Shown one piece after another: positions 39,825 through 49,447 of a DNA stretch of 64,000 nucleotides; position 1 is the first letter of the stretch; every line of letters starts with the position of its first letter. Source of the stretch: a bacterium (GTDB lineage Bacteria > Zixibacteria > MSB-5A5 > GN15 > FEB-12). A program made the position numbers and the translations under genes. The notes under the pieces were generated by a model. It was not told the DNA's origin and did not search any database. It was given only the letters and a program-made list of their open reading frames with translations. The stretch is from NCBI GenBank assembly GCA_043811375.1, contig JBDRNJ010000072.1:137984-201983 (forward strand), in the 5' to 3' direction.

Positions 39825-39852
39825 TTGACAGATCGCTATCTACCGATATACT
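39825..39852 (+). promoter_or_regulatory. sigma-70-like promoter candidate for the 39889 gene
   Basis: TTGACA (39825-39830), a 16-nt spacer and TATACT (39847-39852). GGAGG at 39880-39884 precedes the TTG start at 39889. Confidence 0.45.
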
Positions 39853-39888
39853 GTACATGGTCATACCAGTGTCATATCTGGAGGTTGT

Positions 39889-41937
39889 TTGAGACAATTG
39901 GCTGTTATCCTGGTCAGCGCCCTCTGTATCGGCCCGGTCCGGTCAGAGGTAGGCATTCATATCGAACGGGCCATGTGTGCTTATCCGGGGAACCAGATTT
40001 CGGTTGCCATCACTCTGGAGAACCCGCCGCCGGCTCTCGAGCTGGGCGGTTTTGACCTGATGTTTGTATATGACTCAACACTCCTGCTGCAGACCGTGAC
40101 GATGGGACCACTCCTGACCGGCTGCCAGTGGGAGTATCTTGACTACATCACCTGCGGCACCTATTGTGCTCGGATTGTAGCCATAGCCGATATCGCCAAC
40201 GGTTCCCATCACCCGACCTGTTATGCTGATTCCTCGGGCATACTGGCCGAGGCAACTTTCCTGGTAACCAGCGCACCGCCATCGGGCAGCGAGTTTGAGG
40301 CCATAAGATGGATGTGGACCGACTGCGGGGACAATGCCGTCTCATCACGGACCGGCGATACGCTATATGTTTCTGATGATATCTTCCATTTCGACGGCAA
40401 TTATGAATACTTGATCACATTAGACACTACTCTGCCGACTCCCACCGGCGTCCCCGACGCTTGTCTTTCAGGCGGTGGCGGTATAGAACGGGCAATTGAT
40501 TTCTATGGTGGCGGAATTGAAGTTATGACCACCGATACCCGGCCGCCGGTTGCCTATTGTCCGGCTGATATCACAGTCGGCAACGATCCCGGCCTGTGCG
40601 GAGCGACGGTCGCCTTCGAAGCAGACGCCAGCGACAACTGTCCCGGTGTTACTATTAATTGTGTACCGGCCTCGGGTACCTTCTTCTGGGCCGGTATGAC
40701 CCGGGTAGGCTGCACGGCGGTCGATGCCTTAGGAAATACCGACACCTGCGGATTCTACGTAACCGTCCTTGACACCACCCGGCCGATTGCCGAATGTCCG
40801 CCCGACACCACAGTCGACAACGACTCCGGTCTGTGCGGAGCAGTGGTGACTTTTAATACTGCCGTGATTGACAACTGTCCTGCTTCCATCAACTGCACAC
40901 ACGCTTCCGGGGCTTTCTTTGATATCGGGACCACTGCCGTTACCTGTGTCGCTGTGGACGGTTCAACCAACAGCGACATCTGCACTGCCGAGATCACCGT
41001 TCGCGACGCCGAACCGCCGATAGTCAACTGCCCGTCCGGCGTAACCATCGGCAATGACCCCGGACAGTGCCACGCAGTGGTAGACTTCGAGGCGTCGGCG
41101 GCGGACAATTGTCCCGGTGTGGAAGTGACGGTAACACCACCGGCGGGTTATTTGTTTGCAATCGGCACCACCCCGGTGCAGGTGGTCGCCGTGGACGTTT
41201 CCGGGAACGCTGATACCGGCTGGTTCGATGTATTGGTGGAAGATACCGCCGGACCGGTCATCACCTGTCCCCTTGATGTCGATATCCCCAATGACAGCGG
41301 TGAGTACGGCGCCGTTGCCGGTTTTGTCCTGTCGGCTGACGACAATTGCTCGGTGGCATCGCTGCTGGCGGTGCCGCCTTCCGGTACGTTGTTTCCCAAT
41401 GGTACTACATTAGTGACGATAACCGCTGCCGACCCGGCCGGCAACACCGACACCTGTGTTTTCAGTGTCATGGTGACGCTCAATGATCCTGACGGCGATG
41501 GACGGCCGAACTGGGACGATAACTGCCCACAGAACTTTAATCCCGACCAGGTCGACACTGATAATGACGGCTGCGGCGACAGTTGCGACGTCTGCACTGA
41601 TGTCGACGGCGACGGTTACGGGGACCAGGGCGTCCCCAGTGACACATGCGCTCCCGATAATTGCCCTGACACCTACAATCCCGATCAGTCGGATGCAAAT
41701 GGTGACGGTATCGGTGACGCTTGTTGTTGTTTTGCTCGCGGCGACGTGGATGGTATCGAAGATATCAATGTCGCTGACCTGACCTGGCTGGTCGAGTATC
41801 TGTTCCGCAACGGCGTCGGGCCGCCATGTCCGAATGAAGGTGATGTCGACGGCAGTAGTTTCATCGATGTCGGTGACCTGACATACCTGGTAAACTATCT
41901 GTTCCAGGGCGGACCGGCACCGCCGGCGTGCCCGTAG
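39889..41937 (+). CDS. secreted protein: cohesin-like N-terminal domain, four HYR (hyalin-repeat) domains, TSP3-like repeats, C-terminal dockerin-like module
   Basis: TTG start and signal (M)RQLAVILVSALCIGPVRS. The N-terminal domain PGNQISVAITLENPPPALELGGFDLMFVYDSTLLLQTVTMGPLL...SGILAEATFLVTS resembles the cohesin fold signature. Four ~80-aa repeats follow, of the type P.V..CP.D.TV.ND.G.CGA.V.F...A.DNCPG......P.SG..F..GTT.V...A.D..GN.D.C.F.V.V.D. The TSP3-like part reads DDNCPQNFNPDQVDTDNDGCGDSCD..DNCPDTYNPDQSDANGDGIGDACCC, followed by the dockerin-like tail. Confidence 0.75.
   Translation: MRQLAVILVSALCIGPVRSEVGIHIERAMCAYPGNQISVAITLENPPPALELGGFDLMFVYDSTLLLQTVTMGPLLTGCQWEYLDYITCGTYCARIVAIADIANGSHHPTCYADSSGILAEATFLVTSAPPSGSEFEAIRWMWTDCGDNAVSSRTGDTLYVSDDIFHFDGNYEYLITLDTTLPTPTGVPDACLSGGGGIERAIDFYGGGIEVMTTDTRPPVAYCPADITVGNDPGLCGATVAFEADASDNCPGVTINCVPASGTFFWAGMTRVGCTAVDALGNTDTCGFYVTVLDTTRPIAECPPDTTVDNDSGLCGAVVTFNTAVIDNCPASINCTHASGAFFDIGTTAVTCVAVDGSTNSDICTAEITVRDAEPPIVNCPSGVTIGNDPGQCHAVVDFEASAADNCPGVEVTVTPPAGYLFAIGTTPVQVVAVDVSGNADTGWFDVLVEDTAGPVITCPLDVDIPNDSGEYGAVAGFVLSADDNCSVASLLAVPPSGTLFPNGTTLVTITAADPAGNTDTCVFSVMVTLNDPDGDGRPNWDDNCPQNFNPDQVDTDNDGCGDSCDVCTDVDGDGYGDQGVPSDTCAPDNCPDTYNPDQSDANGDGIGDACCCFARGDVDGIEDINVADLTWLVEYLFRNGVGPPCPNEGDVDGSSFIDVGDLTYLVNYLFQGGPAPPACP
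41722..41934 (+). other. dockerin-like C-terminal module
   Basis: CCCFARGDVDGIEDINVADLTWLVEYLFRNGVGPPCPNEGDVDGSSFIDVGDLTYLVNYLFQGGPAPPACP. Confidence 0.7.
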
Positions 41938-42076
41938 GGGCCATTCCGTACCCGGAAGTAGCGAGAATCGAATCCCCCTGTCGGCTCTGGAGCGGCAGCG
42001 CACAACCTGCTGCTAATCAGTTGATTGCGGTAGAAACGCTGGCGTCGGACTGTTTGACGCTAAATCACAAAGATAA

Positions 42077-42105
42077 GATGTCGGCACCGGTCTGGTGCCG
42101 ACATC
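42077..42105. terminator. strong hairpin between convergent genes (likely terminator, possibly bidirectional)
   Basis: A perfect 12-bp stem gatgtcggcacc/ggtgccgacatc encloses a 5-nt loop. On the minus strand it is followed by the T-rich ttatctttgtgattt. There is no clean T-run on the plus strand. Confidence 0.5.
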
Positions 42106-42188
42106 ACTGTAATTGTATAGTGGGCTGTCCTGTTCCGGATATCAGAGGTCCGGTTAAATCATTAAACAGCACACACCCTGTCTCTATA

Positions 42189-42479
42189 CTACTTGCTGAC
42201 TGTCACCGTGCGTGAGGAAACCGTTATTAGCCCGGTAAATATGTTCATGATGAAATCCAGGGCGGACTGCTCAGTCTTGATTGTGTAATCATTTTCACCG
42301 GCAGCCATGACGTCAGTCTCCACATTGTTCAGCGGAACGATACCAAAGAGAATGTACCATTGACGCTCTTGCGAAGTTTCATTCCCCTGGGCACCACCAC
42401 CGACAACGTGGGTATGGGCGGCACAGCCAACTATGAACACCATCACAGCCAGCATGAACACTGCTACAACCTTTCTCAT
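42189..42479 (-). CDS. Bor-family-like small lipoprotein
   Basis: 96 aa with lipobox FIVGC. ..WYILFGIVPLNNVETDVMAAGENDYTIKTEQSALDFIMNIFTGLIT.. aligns, from memory, with lambda Bor (..FFVSGIGQ..VD...CGGAENVVKTETQQTFVNGLLGFITLGIYTP..). Confidence 0.55.
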   Translation of the reverse strand: MRKVVAVFMLAVMVFIVGCAAHTHVVGGGAQGNETSQERQWYILFGIVPLNNVETDVMAAGENDYTIKTEQSALDFIMNIFTGLITVSSRTVTVSK

Positions 42480-42482
42480 TCC

Positions 42483-43109
42483 TTATCCTCCTTGATGAAG
42501 TGGTTTGAGGGTTCCTATTGATGATTCCAACGATTTGATCATTGTGGCATACACGGCACGCGGCACAACATACTGCAATTCAAGCGCGTCCCCTTCCGAT
42601 GAAAGGCAGAGCAGTTGAAATCGCACGTGCACGCTGTCGGTAATGATAAAGTTCTTCACGTAAATGCTGTCAACCCAATAATCCCCGACCCTGACATTGT
42701 CGTTGCCGTATTCCGCCAGCACAGCCTGACGATATTTGTCTATAAAAATCGACGTATCCGCTGTCAGATTCAGCCCGTCCACTGTCGAGACTATCAAACC
42801 GGAGCTGTGTTGTTCATCGAAAAAGAACCGGATGAACTCTATCATTCCCTCCGGGCTAACCTCTTGCGTAAACCTCGTATGGAGGATTTCGAAAAGAGAG
42901 TCAGGAATGGGCACAAAATCGACCGGGGGGTGAAAACTTTTCCGGGCGGTAGCTACTTCACAAATCGGTCCCAGAAGAGAGTCCACAACATCAAAGCTCA
43001 ACTGTTGCGCGGTTGACTGATCACTACCGGAGGAATGACACCCTACGATAAGCGGCAACAACAACAGAAGCGCTTTACGCCCAAGATTATCCCACTGCAC
43101 TTTCATCAA
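42483..43109 (-). CDS. hypothetical lipoprotein
   Basis: 208 aa with a signal and lipobox (LLLPLIVGCHSSG). No recognisable domain. It lies 3 nt upstream of the Bor-like gene, so the two are probably co-transcribed. Confidence 0.5.
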   Translation of the reverse strand: MMKVQWDNLGRKALLLLLPLIVGCHSSGSDQSTAQQLSFDVVDSLLGPICEVATARKSFHPPVDFVPIPDSLFEILHTRFTQEVSPEGMIEFIRFFFDEQHSSGLIVSTVDGLNLTADTSIFIDKYRQAVLAEYGNDNVRVGDYWVDSIYVKNFIITDSVHVRFQLLCLSSEGDALELQYVVPRAVYATMIKSLESSIGTLKPLHQGG

Positions 43110-43290
43110 GTATAATTATCAGATTGTGCATAGGTTATTGTCAAGTTGTATTTCTTGTCAATCAGCATTACCGAGGCTTGAAAAAGCTGGCTTTTGGTCG
43201 ATTTTTTGTATAAATAGCGTGTCGATTGGACCCGATCACACCCCGGTCAGAATGTTGCCGGGGCTTTCGTGTTCGAAAAACAGGAGCCGT

Positions 43291-46200
43291 ATGTACGAAG
43301 CGTCACAGACAGAAACAACTTCGTCACACACTACCGGATCGAAGCTTGGTACAATTCTGAATCGCTGGAACCGCTACCAGCCGGTGGTCGATCTGTGTCA
43401 CGCTCTCACCGACGAAACTACCGCCCACCTGACAGTAACCGGACTGTCCGGTTCATCCGAAGCGTTCCTGCTCAATGCCATTACCGGTCAGACGGACAGC
43501 CCGATCTTGATTATCGTGGAGAACTCCGAACAGGCCAGTGACCTCTACGATGATCTGAGTTTTCTGATGCCGGCGGGACAGGTGGGTCACTTCCCCGCCC
43601 GGCAGATTCTGCCTTATGATTTCCGCGCGCCCGTGGGTGAAATCATGGGGCGGCGCATTTCAACGCTGGCCGGTCTGGCCGATGGTGAGTTGCGAGCGGT
43701 TGTCTGTCCCGTGCGGGCTCTGCTGGAACCGACCCTGGCCCGCGATTACCTGCAGTCGGGCCGTATCAACCTCAGGATAGGTCACGAGACCGATCTGGAC
43801 GACCTTGTTCAGCGCCTTTTGACGCTCGGTTTTCGTCGAGTACCGGTGGTGGAAGAAGTGGGCGATTTCGCGCTGCGCGGTGGTCTGGTAGATTTCTTTA
43901 CACCCGGCGCCGCAGCACCGGTGCGAGTCGAGTTCTTCGGCGATGTGGTGGATACCATCCGCGAATTTGATGTCGCTACCCAGCGCACTATTCAAAAGGT
44001 GAACACCGTTTCCCTGCTGCCCAAACGGGAAGTGCCCATCACCCAGGAGACGCTGGAAGAGTACCTGTGCCATATTCCCGAAGATGATGCCGACTTTATC
44101 CGATCACGCTACCTCAACGACCCGGAACTGCCCGGGCTGGAGTGGTTGTCGGTTATGTTTGGCATGAAACAGGGCTGCCTGCTGGATTATTTTCCCGAAA
44201 ACGGCATTGCCTATCTTCAGGGCGAGGGAATCCTGAAAGCGGAGGCGGCGGCGATCCTCGACGAAGCGCACTCTCTCTACGAACGCCTGAAGGGACGTAT
44301 CACCTCCCTGCCTGTTCCTGAAAGCTACTACCACTCACCGGAGGCTTTATTTGCGGCTATTGACGGTCACCGAAAGATCGACCGGGTGCCGTTCCGCGGT
44401 GGGCGCGCACATATAATTGATTTCCAGTGCCGGTCCCACCCGGCGTTTGGCTCCCGGCTGGATCTGCTGTTGAAAGAGACGGCTCAATACGACGCTGCCG
44501 GAGTTGACTATTTCATTGCCGTCGACAGCGAAGGACAGGCTGCACGCCTGGGTGAACTGATTGCCGAACGGGTCGGTCTGGAAAGTCCGCCGTTGATCGA
44601 GAAGGCCGATCTGAGGAGTGGCTTTGTCTGCCGGTCGGGCGGTTTTACCATCCTGACCGACCATGAGACATTCGGCCGTCACCACCGCCGCGTGCGCCGC
44701 AAGCAGTTCAAGGAAGGGGTGGCGATATCGAATTACTCCGACCTGCTGCCAGGTGATTTTGTGGTTCACACCTCGTACGGTATCGCTCTTTACGTTGGAC
44801 TGAAAACGATTACCGTCGACAATCGCAGCCGCGACTGCCTGCTGCTGCAATACGCCGACAACGACCGCCTGTACGTGCCTATCGAAGAATTCAACCGGGT
44901 CTCCAAGTACTCCGGCAAAGACACCGCACCGGTCCTGACGCACCTGGGCGGACCCGGCTGGGACAAGCTCAAGAAAAAGACCAAAAAAGCCATCGCCGAC
45001 ATGGCGGCGGACCTGCTGAAACTGTATGCTTCGCGGAAGGACCAGCCGGGCTTCTCTTACGGCGAGGATACCGTCTGGCTCAGACAACTGGAAACGTCAT
45101 TCACCTATCAGGAAACTCCCGATCAACTCAAGGCGATCAATGATGTCAAGTTCGATATGTCTCAGAACAAACCGATGGATCGGCTGGTTTGCGGAGACGT
45201 CGGCTACGGCAAAACCGAAGTTGCGGTGCGGGCGGCGTTCAAGGCGGTTGAGCAGGGAAAACAGGTGGCGGTGCTGGTGCCGACGACGGTGCTGGCGCAA
45301 CAGCACTTTCATACTTTTTCCGAAAGGCTGCACGAGTTCCCGGTGAAAATCGAAATGCTCTCCCGCTTCCGCAAACGCAAGCAACAACTGGAAATCATCA
45401 ACCAACTGGCTGAAGGTACGGTTGACCTGGTCATCGGCACGCACCGATTACTGTCGAAAGATGTCTACTTCAAGGACCTGGGGCTGCTGGTGGTTGACGA
45501 GGAGCACCGCTTTGGGGTCCGGCATAAGGAAAAGCTGCGGCAGCTGAAAATAACCGTCGACACCATCGCCATGTCGGCCACGCCAATCCCGCGCACGCTG
45601 CAGATGTCACTGATGGGCGTGCGCGACATGAGCCTGATCCATACCTCCCCCAAGGATCGCCTGCCGATCATTACCGACATTGTGGAGTTTGACCCGGCTA
45701 TCATTGCTACCGCCATCCTGCGTGAGATCGATCGTGGCGGGCAGGTCTTTTTCGTGCACAACCGGGTGCAGACGATTCAGTCGATGTACCGCTACTTGAA
45801 AAAGATCGTCCCCCAGGCGGAGATCGCCGTCGCCCACGGGCAGATGCACGAACGCTCATTGGAAGGGATCATGCTGGCCTTTCTGGCCAAACAGTACAAC
45901 GTCCTGTTGTGCACGGCGATTATCGAGTCGGGACTGGACATTCCCTCGGTCAACACGATCATCATTCATCGGGCCGACCGCTTCGGACTGGCGCAGTTGT
46001 ACCAGTTGCGCGGGCGGGTCGGCCGCAGCGCTGTTCGCGCTTATGCCTACCTGATAACGCCGCCGGTCAAAACGATGAAAGCGGACGCCATCAAACGGCT
46101 GCGGGCGCTGGAAGCCCACTCCGATCTCGGTTCCGGGTTTGCGCTGGCCATGCGCGACCTGGAGATTCGCGGCGCCGGAACTGTCCTGGGGGCGCGGCAG

Positions 46201-46731
46201 TCAGGCTTCATCGAAGAGATCGGGTTCGACATGTACAACAAACTTCTCGAAGAAGCTGTCGCCGAACTCAAGGGAGAACAACTCAAACGCCCTCCCGACA
46301 CCAAGCTGGAAATTGACATCGAGATTCACCTCAGCGACCGGTACATATCTGACCGCCGGCAGAAGGTCGATATCTACCGTCGTCTCGCCAATGCCGGCAC
46401 GCTCGACGAAGTGGAGAATATACGAGACGAAGTCTCCGACCGCTTCGGCAAACAGCCGCAGTCGGCGGTGAACCTTTTTGACGCGGCAGCGGTCAAGATA
46501 TCGGCGGCGGCGCTGGAGATCGAGAAGGTCAAGCTGCGTGACGGCATGGTCAACCTTTTCTTCAAGGAAGGGCGTCCGATCACCCGCGACGAGGTGCAGG
46601 CGTTTCGCAAAGGGACCGACCGTCCGCTGGAGTTTTCGTTAGCCGGTCGGTCACAAGTGATTCTTGATCTGTCACAACTCCCCATCACCGGACGCCTGCC
46701 GCATCTGAGAGGGATGCTGGGGAAGGTGTAG
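43291..46731 (+). CDS. mfd: transcription-repair coupling factor Mfd
   Basis: The protein has a UvrB-homology N-terminus and an RNAP-interaction (CarD-like) region (..GDFVVHTSYGIALYVGL..). The superfamily-2 translocase motifs are GDVGYGKTEVA, DEEHRFG and QLRGRVGRS, and a C-terminal TRCF domain is present. I prefer the ATG at 43291 (AGGAG at 43282-43286) over the ORF-track start at 43126. Confidence 0.93.
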   Translation: MYEASQTETTSSHTTGSKLGTILNRWNRYQPVVDLCHALTDETTAHLTVTGLSGSSEAFLLNAITGQTDSPILIIVENSEQASDLYDDLSFLMPAGQVGHFPARQILPYDFRAPVGEIMGRRISTLAGLADGELRAVVCPVRALLEPTLARDYLQSGRINLRIGHETDLDDLVQRLLTLGFRRVPVVEEVGDFALRGGLVDFFTPGAAAPVRVEFFGDVVDTIREFDVATQRTIQKVNTVSLLPKREVPITQETLEEYLCHIPEDDADFIRSRYLNDPELPGLEWLSVMFGMKQGCLLDYFPENGIAYLQGEGILKAEAAAILDEAHSLYERLKGRITSLPVPESYYHSPEALFAAIDGHRKIDRVPFRGGRAHIIDFQCRSHPAFGSRLDLLLKETAQYDAAGVDYFIAVDSEGQAARLGELIAERVGLESPPLIEKADLRSGFVCRSGGFTILTDHETFGRHHRRVRRKQFKEGVAISNYSDLLPGDFVVHTSYGIALYVGLKTITVDNRSRDCLLLQYADNDRLYVPIEEFNRVSKYSGKDTAPVLTHLGGPGWDKLKKKTKKAIADMAADLLKLYASRKDQPGFSYGEDTVWLRQLETSFTYQETPDQLKAINDVKFDMSQNKPMDRLVCGDVGYGKTEVAVRAAFKAVEQGKQVAVLVPTTVLAQQHFHTFSERLHEFPVKIEMLSRFRKRKQQLEIINQLAEGTVDLVIGTHRLLSKDVYFKDLGLLVVDEEHRFGVRHKEKLRQLKITVDTIAMSATPIPRTLQMSLMGVRDMSLIHTSPKDRLPIITDIVEFDPAIIATAILREIDRGGQVFFVHNRVQTIQSMYRYLKKIVPQAEIAVAHGQMHERSLEGIMLAFLAKQYNVLLCTAIIESGLDIPSVNTIIIHRADRFGLAQLYQLRGRVGRSAVRAYAYLITPPVKTMKADAIKRLRALEAHSDLGSGFALAMRDLEIRGAGTVLGARQSGFIEEIGFDMYNKLLEEAVAELKGEQLKRPPDTKLEIDIEIHLSDRYISDRRQKVDIYRRLANAGTLDEVENIRDEVSDRFGKQPQSAVNLFDAAAVKISAAALEIEKVKLRDGMVNLFFKEGRPITRDEVQAFRKGTDRPLEFSLAGRSQVILDLSQLPITGRLPHLRGMLGKV

Positions 46732-46743
46732 GGGAATGCGACT

Positions 46744-46775
46744 GTGAACCGCGATCGCAGATCGCGGCCACACAG
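46744..46775 (+). repeat. hairpin repeat family R2, copy
   Basis: gtgaaccgcgatcgcagatcgcggccacacag, with stem ccgcgatc/gatcgcgg. It lies 13 nt after the mfd stop codon and probably doubles as a terminator hairpin. Confidence 0.8.
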
Positions 46776-46796
46776 ACCGGCGTTGGAGCAGCTACA

Positions 46797-46824
46797 TGTA
46801 GGGCAGGTCTCGAAGAGACCTGCC
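46797..46824 (+). repeat. hairpin repeat family R1, copy 2
   Basis: tgtagggcaggtctcgaagagacctgcc, a perfect 10-bp stem ggcaggtctc/gagacctgcc with a 3-nt loop. Confidence 0.8.
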
Positions 46825-47001
46825 AAGTCAACCTACCCCACCTTCATATTATCAATCAACCGCACGCGGTGTAGTTTCCACCGCCAGGGAACAGATGGTG
46901 CTCTTGACCACTCTCTTTACCGGCGTCAGTGAGGTAAAATCAACTACAACTGCAGAAACACAAGGGCTTCCGCACTACGGCCATTGATCCGGCACTGCCG
47001 G

Positions 47002-48321
47002 TTACTTAAACGCACCCCAGACCGGGTTGGAGCAGTTACCGCTTTTGGTCACGCGGCGCTGGTTACGGCCGGTGATGTCCATCGTGTACAGATCACGCGG
47101 ACCGAGCCGGGTCGAAGAAAAAATGATATGTTTGCCGTCGGCTGAAAAATGCGGGTTCTCGTTGGCGCCGACTTCGGTCAAAATCCGGTAATCGTGACCG
47201 GAAGTAGCTATCGACGCAATATCGAAGCGCCCCGACTTGGTGCGGCTGACAAAAGTGATACGATGGCTGCGGTGGGACCAGACGGGGGAATCATTGTAGC
47301 TACCTTCGTAAGTAAGACGTCGAACGTTCAGTCCGTCGGCATCCATGATGTATATCTGCGGACGACCGGAGCGATCGGAGGCAAAGGCGATCTCCTGCCC
47401 GTCGGGCGACCAGGTCGGCGAGGTATCGATAGACCAGTGGTAGGTCAGACGCTTGATGATTTTCCCCTCAAGGTTAAGCACATAGATTTCGGAGTTGCCG
47501 TCGCGGGTCAGTACGCAGGCAATCTTGTTGCCGTCGGGTGAAATCGCCGGCGCCGCCACAATGCCGGGAAAACTGGTCACCCGGGAAATCTTGTCGCTGT
47601 AAACATTGACCTTGTACAGTTGCGGGTCACCATCCATATAGCTGGTGAAATAGACTTCCTCCCCGTCGGGCGTAAAAAACGGCGAAATGCTGATGGAACC
47701 GACATCGGTCAACTGGCGTTCGCTGGCGCCGTCGAAATCGGCGACAAACAATTCTTTACCCTCGCCCACTTTTTTAGCGTAGACAATCTTGGTCCGGAAG
47801 ATGCCCTGCTCGCCGGTCAGGGTGTGCACGATTTCATTGGCGACATCGTGTCCCAGCTCGCGCCAGGAGGTGCGGTGCTGCTCCAGTGTTCCCCGGGCAA
47901 ACTGCTGCTTGCGGACGGTATCAAACAGTCGCCAGCGGACGCGCATGTTGGAGCCGGGGAACTCCGCCTCAAGTCTGACAAGATAGGTTGCCCCCAATCG
48001 CTGCCAGCCCAGCAGGTCCAGATCTGCAATCTCGTAGACTCTCATATAAAAGGTGTCAATCGGCACCAACTCGAAGTCGGCGTAGAAATCAACATCGAAC
48101 TGCACGATGCGGGTGGTGTAGGCCATCAGGGTGGAATCGTCCGGCCCGATGTAACGGCTACCTATATAACGCATCTCGTCGACGCCAATCAGCGTCGCTT
48201 GCACATCGCCGGTACGCAGTGTGTCAAAGAAGACGTTGCGGACGTTTTCCTGCTGGGCGGTCACAACACCAACCGGGAACAGGGAGATTGCCAGTAACAA
48301 TGCAGTCATTCTAAGAAGCAT
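47002..48321 (-). CDS. tolB: Tol-Pal system beta-propeller protein TolB
   Basis: 439 aa with a signal peptide and an N-terminal TolB domain. Repeated propeller blades of the type ..SP.FSPDG..I.F.S.R.G...IY.. follow (e.g. SPTWSPDGQEIAFASDRSGRPQIYIM). The gene is last in the tolQ-tolR-tolA-like cluster. Confidence 0.9.
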   Translation of the reverse strand: MLLRMTALLLAISLFPVGVVTAQQENVRNVFFDTLRTGDVQATLIGVDEMRYIGSRYIGPDDSTLMAYTTRIVQFDVDFYADFELVPIDTFYMRVYEIADLDLLGWQRLGATYLVRLEAEFPGSNMRVRWRLFDTVRKQQFARGTLEQHRTSWRELGHDVANEIVHTLTGEQGIFRTKIVYAKKVGEGKELFVADFDGASERQLTDVGSISISPFFTPDGEEVYFTSYMDGDPQLYKVNVYSDKISRVTSFPGIVAAPAISPDGNKIACVLTRDGNSEIYVLNLEGKIIKRLTYHWSIDTSPTWSPDGQEIAFASDRSGRPQIYIMDADGLNVRRLTYEGSYNDSPVWSHRSHRITFVSRTKSGRFDIASIATSGHDYRILTEVGANENPHFSADGKHIIFSSTRLGPRDLYTMDITGRNQRRVTKSGNCSNPVWGAFK

Positions 48322-48322
48322 T

Positions 48323-49006
48323 TCAGTATCCTGAAGCGTATTTGAAGGGAAGAGTTATACCGATGATTTCGTCCCGAAACTCACGCGGCAATGGCGGAAA
48401 CGGCGACGAACTCTGTACCGCCTGCAAGCAGGCATCGTCAAAGGCGCCAAAACCCGATGACGTCTCCACCCGCAGCTCGATCAGACGCCCGGAACGAATC
48501 ACCTGGAAGTATACCACGCAGACCAGCGTAGCGTCGGAACCGACCGGATTGCGCCAGTTGCCGGCGATCTTATTAAAAGCCTGCGTGAACCAGTAGGGAT
48601 AGTCAAAGGAAGCATTGTCGATAGTCGCTCCCTGAAAGGGTGAACCACCGCCGGTGGCTGATGATTCGATCTCCTTCTCACCGGCTCCGGCATCGGACGG
48701 CACCTGGCCGGTCGTTTTGGGCTTGGGCTTTTTTGGCTCTTCCTTTTTCTTCGGTTCTGATTCGATAACGGCCTTGGCGGCGGTGGTGGGGGCGTCGATG
48801 GGGATATCCGGCAACACTTCCAACATCGGCTTGGGAACTGTAATAGGAGTCGGTTCCGACGGCGTTATCTCCGGAAGCGATGTCAACGATACCCGAATCA
48901 CTTCACCGAAATCCTTCTGTCTCTTCAGATCGAAGGGCGCCGATACTACCGTAGCCATTATGATGGCCGCGTGCAGACACAGAGACAGGACTATGTCGCG
49001 CTTCAT
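48323..49006 (-). CDS. TonB-C-domain energy transducer (TolA-equivalent by position)
   Basis: 227 aa with an N-terminal TM anchor, a Pro/Lys/Glu-rich linker (EPKKKEEPKKPKPK) and a C-terminal TonB_C-like fold (..YPYWF..A..I..NWRNP.....TLVCVVYFQVIRSGRL..). It sits between tolR and tolB. Confidence 0.7.
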   Translation of the reverse strand: MKRDIVLSLCLHAAIIMATVVSAPFDLKRQKDFGEVIRVSLTSLPEITPSEPTPITVPKPMLEVLPDIPIDAPTTAAKAVIESEPKKKEEPKKPKPKTTGQVPSDAGAGEKEIESSATGGGSPFQGATIDNASFDYPYWFTQAFNKIAGNWRNPVGSDATLVCVVYFQVIRSGRLIELRVETSSGFGAFDDACLQAVQSSSPFPPLPREFRDEIIGITLPFKYASGY

Positions 49007-49009
49007 GTA

Positions 49010-49447
49010 TCACCGTCCCGTTTGCCGCCGGTGGCCTTGCTCATGCTGCTCGGTCACCAGACCGATCGACTCAATACCCATATCTTTTAACCGTCCGATA
49101 ACATCGATGGCAACACCATACACTACCGCCGAGTCGCCTCGCAGGTAAACGCTGGAGGTGTTCTTGCTCCGCATCTCACGTTTGAGAGCTTCCTCGAAAC
49201 CATCTTGTCGAGCCCAGACGTCGTTGATATAAATGCCGCCCCTGGCATCGATGGTCACTACCACTCCTTCAGCTTCCTCTTCAATCGCGGCCGCCTTGGT
49301 CTTGGGCAGGTTGACCTCGATACCCGACTGCAACAAGGGAGCGGATATCATGAAGATAATCAGCAGCACCAGGACCACGTCTACCAGGTTGGCGATATTG
49401 ATATCCGCCATTGCCCGGTACTGCCGTCGCACACGGCGCTTTTTCAT
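49010..49447 (-). CDS. tolR: ExbD/TolR-family biopolymer transport protein
   Basis: 145 aa. ADINIANLVDVVLVLLIIFMISAP is the typical ExbD/TolR N-terminal TM segment. The start overlaps the tolQ stop by 4 nt. Confidence 0.85.
   Translation of the reverse strand: MKKRRVRRQYRAMADINIANLVDVVLVLLIIFMISAPLLQSGIEVNLPKTKAAAIEEEAEGVVVTIDARGGIYINDVWARQDGFEEALKREMRSKNTSSVYLRGDSAVVYGVAIDVIGRLKDMGIESIGLVTEQHEQGHRRQTGR

Noticed and set aside
41960-41985. tRNA-like T-loop string (..gaatcgaatccccc..) after the HYR gene
   Set aside because: No complementary T-stem, acceptor stem or anticodon arm could be drawn around it. No other tRNA-like region was found in any intergenic spacer.
41410-42003. 197-aa minus-strand ORF, plus other minus-strand ORFs at 40148-41597
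   Set aside because: They are antisense to the HYR/dockerin gene. The repetitive GC-rich coding sequence keeps reverse frames open.
44347-45087. 246-aa minus-strand ORF, plus several 70-140-aa ORFs on the minus strand between 43660 and 46826
   Set aside because: They are antisense to mfd and are shadow ORFs.
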